The notes beneath the pieces are model-generated. The model saw nothing but the letters and a program-made list of their open reading frames with translations. It had not been told where the DNA came from and made no database searches. Positions 10,080 through 19,807 of a stretch of 64,000 nt of DNA are shown here, piece after piece. Position 1 is the stretch's first letter, and each line of letters opens with the position of its first letter. The stretch lies in the NCBI GenBank assembly GCA_001724355.1, contig MEEF01000004.1, forward strand, positions 6,121-70,120. The letters are read 5' to 3'. Source of the DNA: Mesorhizobium sp. SCN 65-20. GTDB lineage: Bacteria; Pseudomonadota; Alphaproteobacteria; Rhizobiales; Rhizobiaceae. The translations under genes and the position numbers were made by a program.

Positions 10080-10222
10080 ACGCCGCTGTGGCGTTGCAAA
10101 GCCAGGCGCGCTTACATGCAACCCTCGTAAGCCTGCGCGTTGGGTGCGATGGAGCTACGGGGGGATGGTGTGACAGGCGGCCCCTGTTGGGGTGTCGAGG
10201 GATACCCAGCCGCTGCCGGCCT

Positions 10223-10732
10223 CTACCTCAGAGCCGCGATTACCCTCGGCAGGAGCTTCTTTGCCAATCGTGCGTAGCCGTCATCGGTGAGATGCAGTCC
10301 ATCCGGACCGCGCGGGTATTCAGCGTAGTCGCCCTTTCTGACGATGATGTAGCGGATATTTCGTGACTCGAGCTTGTCCAGCAGTTTCCGGATATGCTGC
10401 TCGGTCTTGTCCTGTTTGCCCTTGCGTGCATCGTTTGAACCGGGCTGAAGGAGCACCAGCTTCGTATCGCTGCCGATGGCATCCCTTAGAGTCTCCAGCA
10501 TCTTGCCGGTCGTCGCGCCGTTGATGCCGGCGTTCTTGACTTTGACGTTGATGCCCTTGTCGCGCAGGAGCTTTTCAAGCTGGGCAGGATAGGCCGCGCG
10601 GCGCGGGACGCCCTTGCCGAAAGTCTGGCTAGCGCCGATTGCCACGACCTCGGCGGCATTTCCATACCCGGCACTCAAGATGAACGGCGTGCAAAAAATG
10701 ATTGCAGTGAGAATGTGAAGAGTGGTCTTCAC
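10223..10732 (-). CDS. SGNH/GDSL hydrolase (exported esterase-like)
   Basis: GASQT block I, NAGING, GSND, DGLH. Confidence 0.85.
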   Translation of the reverse strand: MKTTLHILTAIIFCTPFILSAGYGNAAEVVAIGASQTFGKGVPRRAAYPAQLEKLLRDKGINVKVKNAGINGATTGKMLETLRDAIGSDTKLVLLQPGSNDARKGKQDKTEQHIRKLLDKLESRNIRYIIVRKGDYAEYPRGPDGLHLTDDGYARLAKKLLPRVIAALR

Positions 10733-10864
10733 CGAAATTCCCCCAAACTTCAAAAGATGCAGGAATTTACAGCCCCCACGCTAGCACCGTTCCGAATTCT
10801 GGAGAACACCACACCCGCCCTGCGATACCATCTCGGCCCCTATCCAATACAATTCGGATCCCCG

Positions 10865-12109
10865 TCATCGTGGGGTAGAGAGCGTCTCGATGTGGTGGGT
10901 ATAGTTCTCCCTGGTGTTCTGATCGACGACAGCGATCGGAGCAGTGACGACCAGGCCCGCTGCGGTGCCCACGGTTTGCGCAGCCCCGGCGGTTGCCATG
11001 ACGATATGATCGCCAAGCCCCAGGCGGCTATCGGTCAGCGGTTGACCGGTCGACAGGGGGGCGCCGATCAGCTGCACGATCTCTGGCGAGTCGGCAAACT
11101 TGCTGTGGTGCAATTTGTCACCGGCTTTTAGCTTGGTCAGGTCGATGACCGTTATGTTGTTTGCCGCCAGTTCTTCCCTGTACGGGGACTGTTCCGGATC
11201 GATCGCTCCCAACCGGGGAACGTCGCCCCAGATGCGCCGCGAAAAGGCCAGCGCGCGATCGTCCCGCGAAACAAAGAGGGTAAACCGGGGACGTTGCTTG
11301 CCCATGTCTGCAATCTGCGTCCGGAATACATCCACATCGACGTCCGGAGCGGCCAGCATGACATTCTTGAATTTCGGGGGCAGGCCGCCATTGCGGATGG
11401 CCATTTGACGGAGCGCTTCCAGGGCAAGCATGTTCCCCATGGAATGAGCGAGCACCGACACTTCCTTGACCTCGGAATCGCGCCCCAGATATTGAAACAA
11501 GTCCTCAAGTGCGTTGCGGGTATAGTTCGTGCTTTCGCGGTCATAGGCGTAGGCCAGCAGATGACCCCGAGACGGCCATGTTGCGAGGACCGGGACGCTT
11601 TGCGCGCCGGAATCGTGCATGATCTGGGCCAATCTGAAGACGGCGTCCTCAAACTGGTTGTTGAACCCGTGGATGAAGACGAGGACACTGCGGTCCGGGC
11701 TCTTGCGCACGGACGCGTTAAGCCACTTTTCGGCCGCCGGCTGATCGACTTGCTCGACCTTCGTGGTTGCGAAATCCGTTGCCGGGTTTGGCGGAAGCCG
11801 GCGCGGCCACGCGACTTCCCCCACCTTGCGGACATTGTCGGGTGGGATCGACACCGTGATCTCCGCGAAGGCCGGCGTGAGGCCGCGCTCGCCGCTGAAC
11901 ACTTCCCCAGGGTTTTCGGAGCGCTTCCGCATCGTAGCAACCATCATCTCGACCTGGCTGGTCGATTGCGACGCCGACACCGGTTGCAGGACGCCTCTCG
12001 GACGGCTCGCGCATGCCGTTATCAGGGATACACTCAGGGCTGCCACGACCAATGCCGTGAAGCAGGAGGGGTGCTGACGGCTGATCTGCGCTTCGATCCG
12101 GTGGGGCAT
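10865..12109 (-). CDS. Alpha/beta hydrolase, DUF900 family, probable lipoprotein
   Basis: LITAC lipobox, FIHGFN, AHSMG, LAAPDVD; start uncertain. Confidence 0.85.
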   Translation of the reverse strand: MPHRIEAQISRQHPSCFTALVVAALSVSLITACASRPRGVLQPVSASQSTSQVEMMVATMRKRSENPGEVFSGERGLTPAFAEITVSIPPDNVRKVGEVAWPRRLPPNPATDFATTKVEQVDQPAAEKWLNASVRKSPDRSVLVFIHGFNNQFEDAVFRLAQIMHDSGAQSVPVLATWPSRGHLLAYAYDRESTNYTRNALEDLFQYLGRDSEVKEVSVLAHSMGNMLALEALRQMAIRNGGLPPKFKNVMLAAPDVDVDVFRTQIADMGKQRPRFTLFVSRDDRALAFSRRIWGDVPRLGAIDPEQSPYREELAANNITVIDLTKLKAGDKLHHSKFADSPEIVQLIGAPLSTGQPLTDSRLGLGDHIVMATAGAAQTVGTAAGLVVTAPIAVVDQNTRENYTHHIETLSTPR

Positions 12110-12292
12110 ACAAGCTGGCACCTTCTGACCTGTGAGCTTGAGGCGTTCGCGTAGACGTGCAGGGTTACTCACGGAAAGATTGTAGCACGGGCCGGTGAGC
12201 GGTGCTCGGCTGGAAGGACCGTCCGGCGCACCGCTTCCCAATCACCTCATTTCGGCGAGGCCGGTCGACGGGAAAGGCCGGATCGATCGTCG

Positions 12293-12838
12293 CTATCTGC
12301 TCTCAGGCGCGTAGTGAAGGATGACGACACCTGACCTGAGCGTCTTTGTCTCCAGATGCTTGAGAGGTATCCGGTTCGGGCCGCCCTTGAACAGCGGCGT
12401 GCCTCTCCCGAGAATGACGGGATTGATCCCAAGGCGATACTCGTCGATCAGGCCGTGCGCCATCAGGGTCGCGGTGAGGTCGGCGCTGCCGAACACGAAG
12501 ATGTCTCCGCCGTCCCTGGTCTTCAGCTTGGTGACTTCCTCCGCGACATTGCCGTCGCAGAGCTTCGTGTTGTTCCAGTCGGCGCTCGTCAGCGTGCGCG
12601 AGAAGACAACCTTCTCGATCCTGTTCATGAAGTCCGCGATCCAGCCTTGCTCGGACCGCCAATAGGCTGCCATGAGCTCGTAGGTCGCGCGGCCGAAGAT
12701 CAGCGTGTCGGCCTTTTCCTGGGTCTCACGAATGTAGCTCTCGATTTCTTCTTCGAAGACGAACCAGCTGATGTCCCTGTCCGGACCTTCGAAGAAGCCG
12801 TCGACGGTCACCATGTCCCAGATGATCAGTCTTCTCAT
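12293..12838 (-). CDS. Dihydrofolate reductase / RibD C-terminal family protein
   Basis: TVDGFFEGP, FGRATYE, GLIDEY.L.INPVILG.G.PLF. Confidence 0.9.
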   Translation of the reverse strand: MRRLIIWDMVTVDGFFEGPDRDISWFVFEEEIESYIRETQEKADTLIFGRATYELMAAYWRSEQGWIADFMNRIEKVVFSRTLTSADWNNTKLCDGNVAEEVTKLKTRDGGDIFVFGSADLTATLMAHGLIDEYRLGINPVILGRGTPLFKGGPNRIPLKHLETKTLRSGVVILHYAPESR

Positions 12839-12946
12839 GGAACGCTCCTCTCCGTGTATCTGTGGTAATTCTCGGCGCTATCGCGCGAAGCAGAGCTCAT
12901 GGCTCGTCCACGCGCCCTGGTTCGATCCGGCGGGAAGCCGCCGCAT

Positions 12947-13873
12947 TCAGCGGGATGTGACGAAGCGTTCGAGCTTGCCCAGGGTTTGCAGTCCCAGCTC
13001 CACGGCGCCGAAGGCCTTCGCCTCCTGAAACTCGGCAGCCGTGCTCAACACCATGCCCAGCGTGACGTTCGTCCCCCCGTCCTGTTCCTCGAACGAGACC
13101 CAGGCGTCGGCGTGTTTCGGTCCGTGCTCGCCCCACAGCAGCGTATAGCCGATCCTTTCCTCGGGCCGCACCTCGACATAGAGGTGGTGGTTCGGGAAGA
13201 CCGTGCCATCGGGCGCGATCATGTCGAAGACCCATTCGCCGCCAGTCCGCAGGTCGATCCTTTGCGTGCGACAGGAGAAGCCGTCCGGCCCCCACCATTG
13301 CGGCAGCGTCTCGGGGTTCATCCACGCGCCCCACACGACGGATCGCGGCGCCTGGATGACCCGCTGCAGCACCATCGTTCGTTCGGCCGCGGCCGCGAGG
13401 TTGTCCAGGCCGGCACCGAAGCCTGCCCGGTAGCCTGCCTCCATGTCCTCGGCCAGCGAGGAAAGTTGCACCGTCACGACCAGCCGGCTGCGCTCGTAAG
13501 TGCCTGAAAAATCTGCCGTCACCAGCGCTGCCGATTGCGTCACGCCTTCGCACGAGATCACTTCATAGGTCACGCTGCGCACCGCTGGCTGCAGCACCAG
13601 CCAGCCATTCTCGCAGCGGATGTCGGGCTGGCCTTCAACCTTGCAGAGCGAGATCTCGCGGCCACCCACCCTTGTGTCGGCCTCCACGAAATCCACGGTG
13701 ACGGAGCGAGACGGCGCGGCCCAGACCGCGCGCGCGGCAGGGGCCGTCCAGGCCTCCCACAGCACCTCGATCGGTGCTGCCACGTCCCGTTCGAAGGTGA
13801 GCGTTGCAAAGCGGCGCCCTGCATCGCCAGGTGCAGCACCGATCGTGCTGTCGGTAGCCAGGTTCCGGGTCAT
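12947..13873 (-). CDS. Tandem SRPBCC (AHA1-like) domain protein
   Basis: Two units: AP.E.LWEAWT and APRSVVWGAW.NPE.L.QWWGP. Confidence 0.85.
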   Translation of the reverse strand: MTRNLATDSTIGAAPGDAGRRFATLTFERDVAAPIEVLWEAWTAPAARAVWAAPSRSVTVDFVEADTRVGGREISLCKVEGQPDIRCENGWLVLQPAVRSVTYEVISCEGVTQSAALVTADFSGTYERSRLVVTVQLSSLAEDMEAGYRAGFGAGLDNLAAAAERTMVLQRVIQAPRSVVWGAWMNPETLPQWWGPDGFSCRTQRIDLRTGGEWVFDMIAPDGTVFPNHHLYVEVRPEERIGYTLLWGEHGPKHADAWVSFEEQDGGTNVTLGMVLSTAAEFQEAKAFGAVELGLQTLGKLERFVTSR

Positions 13874-14211
13874 TCCTTCTTTCCCTTCATCACATTCATC
13901 ACAAATGCGTCCAACCGATCGAGCCGGGCCTCCCAGATGGCCCGCTGTTCATCGAGCCATGTCCGCACCGGATCGAGGGCCTCGGGTACGACAGCGCAGG
14001 TGCGTATCCGCCCGTCCTTGGACGTGGCGATCAACCCAGCCTCCTCCAGCACGGAAAGGTGCCGCATCACCGTGGGCAGACGCAGCCCCGTGGGGCCTGC
14101 CAAATCGGTCACCCGCGCGGGCCCTTCGGCGAGCCGGGTCAGGATCGACCGGCGGGTCGGATCGGCCAGAGCGTGGAAGAGCAGGGAGAGATCGGGATCA
14201 TGCTTAGCCAT
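13870..14211 (-). CDS. ArsR/SmtB family regulator
   Basis: FHALADPTRRSIL...HLSVLEEAGLI...GR. Confidence 0.92.
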   Translation of the reverse strand: MAKHDPDLSLLFHALADPTRRSILTRLAEGPARVTDLAGPTGLRLPTVMRHLSVLEEAGLIATSKDGRIRTCAVVPEALDPVRTWLDEQRAIWEARLDRLDAFVMNVMKGKKE

Positions 14212-14274
14212 GTCGCTAACTATTGCGCGATCTGTCGATTGTGCAAGGGAAAACTTCGTCAGGTTGCTAAGTTT
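14204..14274. promoter_or_regulatory. Two ArsR-type operator boxes
   Basis: TTAGC-catgtc-GCTAA over the start codon, and AAACTTCGT-caggtt-GCTAAGTTT at 14251-14274. Confidence 0.6.
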
Positions 14275-14364
14275 CTCATCGGGCGCGCCAAGGCATGGCG
14301 CGGATGCCAATGAGGAACTCCGGCCACAGGCATAGGGTTCGCTTCCAGGAAGCGGCAATGGACC

Positions 14365-15324
14365 ATGGCGGCCAGGTCCGACAATATGGCCGCGCCACTA
14401 TCCGCTGAATCGATCCTGGCCCGGGTAAGAAGCCTCATGCTGAAGCGCCTTTCGGAACTGTTCGAGATAGGGCGGCATCCGCTCGACCTAGTCTCCAGGG
14501 ACATCGAGGCAAGGGATGACGTGACGCTCGAGAGGTTGGCCTTCCGCACGGCGGACGGCGAGGCGGTTGACGGCTATTTCATGCGGCCGCCCGGTGACGG
14601 TCCGTTTCCGGCGGTTCTCTACATCCATGCCCATGGCGGGCGCTACGATATCGGCGCGCGGGAGATCCTGGATGGTCGCGCGTCGCTGGTCAGTCCGCTG
14701 GGGATCGAATTCGCACGCCGTGGACTTGCCTCGATGATGATCGAAATGCCGTCGTTCGGGGCTCGCAGCAAGCCGGATGAATCTGCCCGGACAAAAGCAG
14801 CGCTCTGGCGGGGGAGGTCGCTCGCCGGACAGATGCTCGGGGAACAGGCTGCGGCGTTTGCCTGGCTTTCCGCCCGCGCCGACATCGACGCGATGCGTAT
14901 AGGGGTCTTCGGCCTTTCGATGGGTGCGACGCTCGGTTATTGGCTGGCGGCGGTGGAACCGCGCATCGCCTGCGTGGCGCATCTATGCTGCTACGCCGAT
15001 TTCAGCGCCCTGATCGAGACCGGCGCGCACGATCTCCACGGCATCTACCTGACCATACCGGGCCTGCTGAACGTGGCCTCGAACGGCGAGATTGCCGGCC
15101 TTGTCGCACCGCGGCCGCAGTTCATCGGCATCGGTGACCAGGATCCGCTTACGCCGCCACTGGCAGTCGACCGCGCCCTTTCGCAAACGCGGGCGGCATA
15201 TCGGGCGATGGGCGCGGAAGACAAACTCGTGGTGCACCGGGAGCCGCAATCGGGGCATGTGGAGACGCCGGCCATGCGGAAGGCAATGCTGGCCTTCCTT
15301 GACCGTCACTTGATTCAGCGGTGA
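14365..15324 (+). CDS. Alpha/beta hydrolase (dienelactone hydrolase / acetylesterase-like)
   Basis: GPFPAVLYIHAHGG, nucleophile GLSMG, DPL...GH; start uncertain. Confidence 0.82.
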   Translation: MAARSDNMAAPLSAESILARVRSLMLKRLSELFEIGRHPLDLVSRDIEARDDVTLERLAFRTADGEAVDGYFMRPPGDGPFPAVLYIHAHGGRYDIGAREILDGRASLVSPLGIEFARRGLASMMIEMPSFGARSKPDESARTKAALWRGRSLAGQMLGEQAAAFAWLSARADIDAMRIGVFGLSMGATLGYWLAAVEPRIACVAHLCCYADFSALIETGAHDLHGIYLTIPGLLNVASNGEIAGLVAPRPQFIGIGDQDPLTPPLAVDRALSQTRAAYRAMGAEDKLVVHREPQSGHVETPAMRKAMLAFLDRHLIQR

Positions 15325-16403
15325 GGGACGCGCTGGCCGGAGCGGTCGAACAGGTGCGCCATGGCGGGATCGAAGTGCAGCTTGATCGATCCGCCCGAGC
15401 CATCCAGTTGTTGGCCCTTCAGGACCGCGACGAGCTTCTGGCCGTCCGCAGTCAGCGTGTGCGCCACCGTTTCCGGCCCCAGGGCCTCGACGAGCGTCAC
15501 CTGGGCCTCGAGCGCACCGTCCGAGCCCATGCCGATCGTCATGTCGTGCGGGCGGATGCCGACTGTGAAATCTTCGCCTGGCTTCAGGTTCGCATCGCTG
15601 GCCACGATGGACATGGAGAGGCCGCCGGGGCCCTCGATCCTGACAGACCCGGGGGCCGTCGCCTTGACCTTGCAGGGAAGCAGGTTCATGCGCGGGGCGC
15701 CGATGAACCCTGCGACGAAGAGGTTTGCGGGTTCATTGTAGAGGTCGAGCGGCCGCCCGATTTGCTCGATGCGGCCTGCGCGCATGACCACGATGCGGTC
15801 TGCCAGCGTCATCGCCTCGACCTGGTCGTGGGTGACGTAAACCATGGTGGTCGCAAGCCGCTTGTGCAGCGCCGAGATCTCGGCGCGCGTGCTGATGCGC
15901 AGTTCCGCGTCGAGATTGGACAGCGGCTCGTCCAGGAGGAAGGCCGTCGGATTGCGCACCACCGCACGGCCGATCGCCACGCGCTGGCGCTGGCCGCCCG
16001 ACAATTGCCCGGGGCGACGGTCGAGATACTGGCCGATCTCCAGCATGCGCGTCGCCTCATTGATACGCGTATCGATTTCCGCTTTGGGCATGCGCTGGTT
16101 TTCCAGGCCGAAGGCGAGGTTCTGGCGCACCGTCATGTGCGGATAGAGGGCATAGGACTGGAACACCATTGCCAGCCCGCGATCCGCAGCGGACACGCGC
16201 GTGACGTCACGTCCGTCGATCTCGAGCTTGCCTGAGGTCGGCTGGTCGAGTCCGGCCAACAGGCGCAACAGCGTGGACTTTCCGCAGCCGGATGGGCCGA
16301 CGAGCACCAGCATTTCGCCGTCCTGGATGTCCAGGTTGATGTCGTGCAGGACCTTCACTTTGCCATAGGCGCGATCGATGTTGGTGAGCGTGATGCGTCC
16401 CAT
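15315..16403 (-). CDS. Carbohydrate ABC transporter ATP-binding protein (MalK/UgpC type)
   Basis: GPSGCGKS, LSGGQRQRVA, LLDEPLSNLD, YVTHDQ. Confidence 0.95.
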   Translation of the reverse strand: MGRITLTNIDRAYGKVKVLHDINLDIQDGEMLVLVGPSGCGKSTLLRLLAGLDQPTSGKLEIDGRDVTRVSAADRGLAMVFQSYALYPHMTVRQNLAFGLENQRMPKAEIDTRINEATRMLEIGQYLDRRPGQLSGGQRQRVAIGRAVVRNPTAFLLDEPLSNLDAELRISTRAEISALHKRLATTMVYVTHDQVEAMTLADRIVVMRAGRIEQIGRPLDLYNEPANLFVAGFIGAPRMNLLPCKVKATAPGSVRIEGPGGLSMSIVASDANLKPGEDFTVGIRPHDMTIGMGSDGALEAQVTLVEALGPETVAHTLTADGQKLVAVLKGQQLDGSGGSIKLHFDPAMAHLFDRSGQRVPHR

Positions 16404-16412
16404 GCCAGTCCC

Positions 16413-17465
16413 TTACTTCAAGCCGGTCCCGGCGATGCCGGCGGTGATGTAGCGCTGCAGGAAGATGAAGACCAGCACGACCGGAATCATGGTCACCACC
16501 GTCATGGCCAGAATGAAGTGCCACTGCACGTTCAACTCGCCCGCATAGGTGTTGAGCCCGACCTGCAATGTGTAGAGCTCCTTGCGTGACAGCACGACCA
16601 GCGGCCACAGGAAATCGTTCCAGCGCCAGACCACCGAAAAGATGGCGAGCACCGCCAGGGCCGGAGCGGCGAGCGGCAGGACAATCCGCCAGTAGATCTG
16701 CCATTCGGACGCATTGTCCATGCGTGCCGCGTCGATCAACTCGTCCGGGATGGTCAACATGTACTGGCGCAGCAGGAACACGCCCGTCGGAGTCGCAACG
16801 GTGGGCAATATGACACCCCAGAGCGAGTCGAACAGTCCGACCGCGCTGATGACGGAATAGAGCGGGACCAGGAGGACGGACAACGGCACCATCAATGTGC
16901 CGACGATGAGAAGCAGCACCAGATTGCGTCCGCGAAACTGGTATTTCGACAGCGCGAACGCGGCCATGGAATTGGTGAGCAACGTGATCAGCGTCGCCAC
17001 CACGGTCACGAAAACCGAGTTCTTCAGATATTGCAGAAAGTCGAAATGCTCGAAGGGCTGCGTGTAGTTCTCGGTCGCGAACCGGATCTCGCGCACCGGC
17101 TGCCGGTCGGCGATGTTGACCTTGACGATCTCGCTCGGGGCCTTTGGATCGACAAGCTGCGAGACGGTGCCGACGCGGCGGACCTCGGCCATGACCCTGG
17201 TCGTGCCATCCGGGAGCTTGGTGGTGAAGAGGTTGAGCGGCTTGTCATATCCCTCAACCGTCGCCTGTTGCGTGGCGTAGGGCAGCAGGGTTGGGGGGAA
17301 TTCCGCCAGTTGCGCCGGCGTTTTGAACGACGACAGCGCCAGCCAGAGCGCGGGGCCGAACATCAGCACCAGCGCGCCGATCAGCCAGGCCCACATGAAG
17401 ACGTCGGTCCAGTGCCAGCCACGGCCGCCACGACGGCGCGTCAGGAAGGCAACGACATTGCTCAT
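16413..17465 (-). CDS. Carbohydrate ABC transporter permease (MalG type)
   Basis: IPDELIDAARMDNAS, WNDFLWPL. Confidence 0.93.
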   Translation of the reverse strand: MSNVVAFLTRRRGGRGWHWTDVFMWAWLIGALVLMFGPALWLALSSFKTPAQLAEFPPTLLPYATQQATVEGYDKPLNLFTTKLPDGTTRVMAEVRRVGTVSQLVDPKAPSEIVKVNIADRQPVREIRFATENYTQPFEHFDFLQYLKNSVFVTVVATLITLLTNSMAAFALSKYQFRGRNLVLLLIVGTLMVPLSVLLVPLYSVISAVGLFDSLWGVILPTVATPTGVFLLRQYMLTIPDELIDAARMDNASEWQIYWRIVLPLAAPALAVLAIFSVVWRWNDFLWPLVVLSRKELYTLQVGLNTYAGELNVQWHFILAMTVVTMIPVVLVFIFLQRYITAGIAGTGLK

Positions 17466-18484
17466 TCGCGCGCGCCCTTCTTTTCGTTGCGCCTGCCGAC
17501 CTGCAACTGGACCAACGTGAGCACTACAAGCACGGCACCCATCAGGATCGAGGCGGCGGCGGCGAGGCCCGGATTGCGCAGCAGCGAAGCGAAGCCGACT
17601 TCGTATATGTACTGGGTCAGGAACAGCGTCGACGTGCCGGGGCCACCGCCCGTCAGCACATAGACCTCGTCGAAAATCTGCACGGCGCGGATGAGCGCCA
17701 GGATGATGACCACCAGAAGGTTTGGCATCAGGAGCGGCAGTGTGATGCGCCAGAACACGCGCCCGGGCCTGGTGCCGTCCATCTCTGCGGCTTCATAGAG
17801 ATCGCGCGGGATGGCCTGCAGCCCGGCGAGAAGGATCAGCGTGAAGAAGCCCATATGCGCCCAGACCGAGACGGTGATGCCGGCGGCGAAGGCCCAGAAG
17901 CGGTCGGTCAGCCATTCGGTCGGCTGGTAGCCGAATTGGTAGAGCATGGAATTGAGCAGGCCCTGCCGCTGCAGGATCCAGCGCCAGATCAGGCCGACGA
18001 CAACGGGCGATAGCAGGACAGGAAAAAAGAACACGGCGCGCCAGAAGCTGCGGCCGACAATCTCGCGATTTAGGATAAGCGCCGTGATCATCGAGACCAC
18101 GATCAGCAGCGTCACCTGCAACACCACGAACAGCCCGGTATTGTGGACCGCTTTCCAGAACAGGTCCTCGCGGCAAGTGGAGGGGTCTAGGTAGCTGCCG
18201 CATTCGAGCAGACGTTGGTATTGCTCAGCGCCGACGAAGCTGCGGTCCGGCAGGAAGAAGGCATTGCCGGAGGTGGTGGAGTAGAGAAAGTTGATGACGA
18301 AGGGCGCCAGCACGAAGACGCCGAAGATCAGCATGTTCGGCGCCAGGAAAAACGCCGCCATGCCGGTCGTGCCGGTTGCGCGTTGCCACAGCTTCAGCGG
18401 TGCGTCGATGATCGCGGCAAGCCAGCCGATCGGCGCGACGATTGCCGCGCCGATCTTTTGTCCGATGGCGGACCCAATCGTCAT
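17462..18484 (-). CDS. Carbohydrate ABC transporter permease (MalF type)
   Basis: GLQAIPRDLYEAAEMDG, FDEVYVLTGGGPG. Confidence 0.93.
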   Translation of the reverse strand: MTIGSAIGQKIGAAIVAPIGWLAAIIDAPLKLWQRATGTTGMAAFFLAPNMLIFGVFVLAPFVINFLYSTTSGNAFFLPDRSFVGAEQYQRLLECGSYLDPSTCREDLFWKAVHNTGLFVVLQVTLLIVVSMITALILNREIVGRSFWRAVFFFPVLLSPVVVGLIWRWILQRQGLLNSMLYQFGYQPTEWLTDRFWAFAAGITVSVWAHMGFFTLILLAGLQAIPRDLYEAAEMDGTRPGRVFWRITLPLLMPNLLVVIILALIRAVQIFDEVYVLTGGGPGTSTLFLTQYIYEVGFASLLRNPGLAAAASILMGAVLVVLTLVQLQVGRRNEKKGARE

Positions 18485-19755
18485 TTTGCCTGGGCGACCT
18501 TGTCGGCGATGTCCTGGTCCATCTTGGCCCAGGCCTCGTCCAGCTTCATCTCACCAGCCATCACCTGCGAAAGCCTCGTAACCAGCGCAGCATAGTAGGC
18601 GTTGGCCCACTTCCACGAGGGGAGGGCATCGGCTGCCGGCAACGTCTGGCCGGCGGACTTCACGAACATATCCAGTGCGGGCGCAACGTTCTTGTCGGTG
18701 CTGACCCATTTCAGGCCGCCCTTGTCGACCACGCCCTTGTGGGCCGGGAGAAACAGCGTGCGTTCGCTGAACTCCTTCACGATGTCCTCCCGGCCGAGAT
18801 ATTCCATCACCTTGACGACGTCGTTCGGGTTCTTGGTGTACTTGATGCCGACGAGTGCTGCACCGCCCTTGAGGCCTGAGCAGCCTGCGGTACCGCAAGG
18901 GGAGCCCGTTGCCACCCAGTCGAAGCCGTCGCCAATCTTGGACGATAGGTTGGCGACCTGCCAGCTGCCGGAATAGTAAAACGGAATCTGGGCGTTGATG
19001 AAGTCATCGGCCGCAGCGCGATACGTCGAACCGGCGGCGGCGACCCAGGTTTCCTTCAGCATCTTGCCGTCGGCAACCCACTGGACAAGCTTGGAGCCAA
19101 AGGCCTTGACCCCGTCGTCGACCTTGGCCGGGCTCCCGTCCGCGGCAATGTAGTTGGCGCCATAGGACACGTTCGGCCCGGAGATGCGATGACCCGAGCG
19201 ATCGATTGCGAAGGCGGCCGGAAGGCTCTGGTTCTTGGAGACCTGCGCGGCAGCGTCGACCCACTCGTCCCACGTCGCCTTTTCGCCGGGGATCGCCACT
19301 CCGGCCTGATCGAACAGGGTCTTGTTGGCGAATCCGCCGGTCAGCGTCAGCTGGGTCATGAATCCCGGGATGGCATCGGAGCCGTCGGGCCGCATCCAGT
19401 CCAGCGTCGAGCCGAAATTGTCGTCCCAGTACTTTGCATCCTTCAGCATCGGACGCATGTCCAGCCAGTGGCTGGCGAGTTCCTTGATGTTGGTAACGCG
19501 GGCGATGTCGGGTCCCTGACCGGCCTCGAGCTGGATCGGCAACTGCTCCTGGACAACTTTGTATGCCACGTTGTCGAGGGTGATCTTGATATCGGGATTT
19601 TCCTTCTGGAAGCGATCGAGCAGGTCCTTGATCACCTCGCCTTCAACGCCATCGGAGTACCACATCACGCGCACTTCGCCGGCAAACGCGGCGCTGCTTG
19701 CCAGCAGCGTGGCTGCCAGCAAGCCCAGAACCTTGGCCTTATGTTTCATGTCCAT
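18481..19755 (-). CDS. Carbohydrate ABC transporter substrate-binding protein
   Basis: GGAGGAG RBS, signal peptide, F.KENPDI.I, GPDIARV. Confidence 0.9.
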   Translation of the reverse strand: MDMKHKAKVLGLLAATLLASSAAFAGEVRVMWYSDGVEGEVIKDLLDRFQKENPDIKITLDNVAYKVVQEQLPIQLEAGQGPDIARVTNIKELASHWLDMRPMLKDAKYWDDNFGSTLDWMRPDGSDAIPGFMTQLTLTGGFANKTLFDQAGVAIPGEKATWDEWVDAAAQVSKNQSLPAAFAIDRSGHRISGPNVSYGANYIAADGSPAKVDDGVKAFGSKLVQWVADGKMLKETWVAAAGSTYRAAADDFINAQIPFYYSGSWQVANLSSKIGDGFDWVATGSPCGTAGCSGLKGGAALVGIKYTKNPNDVVKVMEYLGREDIVKEFSERTLFLPAHKGVVDKGGLKWVSTDKNVAPALDMFVKSAGQTLPAADALPSWKWANAYYAALVTRLSQVMAGEMKLDEAWAKMDQDIADKVAQAK

Positions 19756-19807
19756 TCTCCTCCCTGGATGCGGGCGGGGCCCGCTTTTTTTGGTCGTAGA
19801 GTGCTCC

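Noticed and set aside
19770-19791. Plus-strand hairpin with T7 tract inside the minus-strand operon
   Set aside because: Only a 6-bp stem with a 3-nt loop, and no plus-strand transcript is evident
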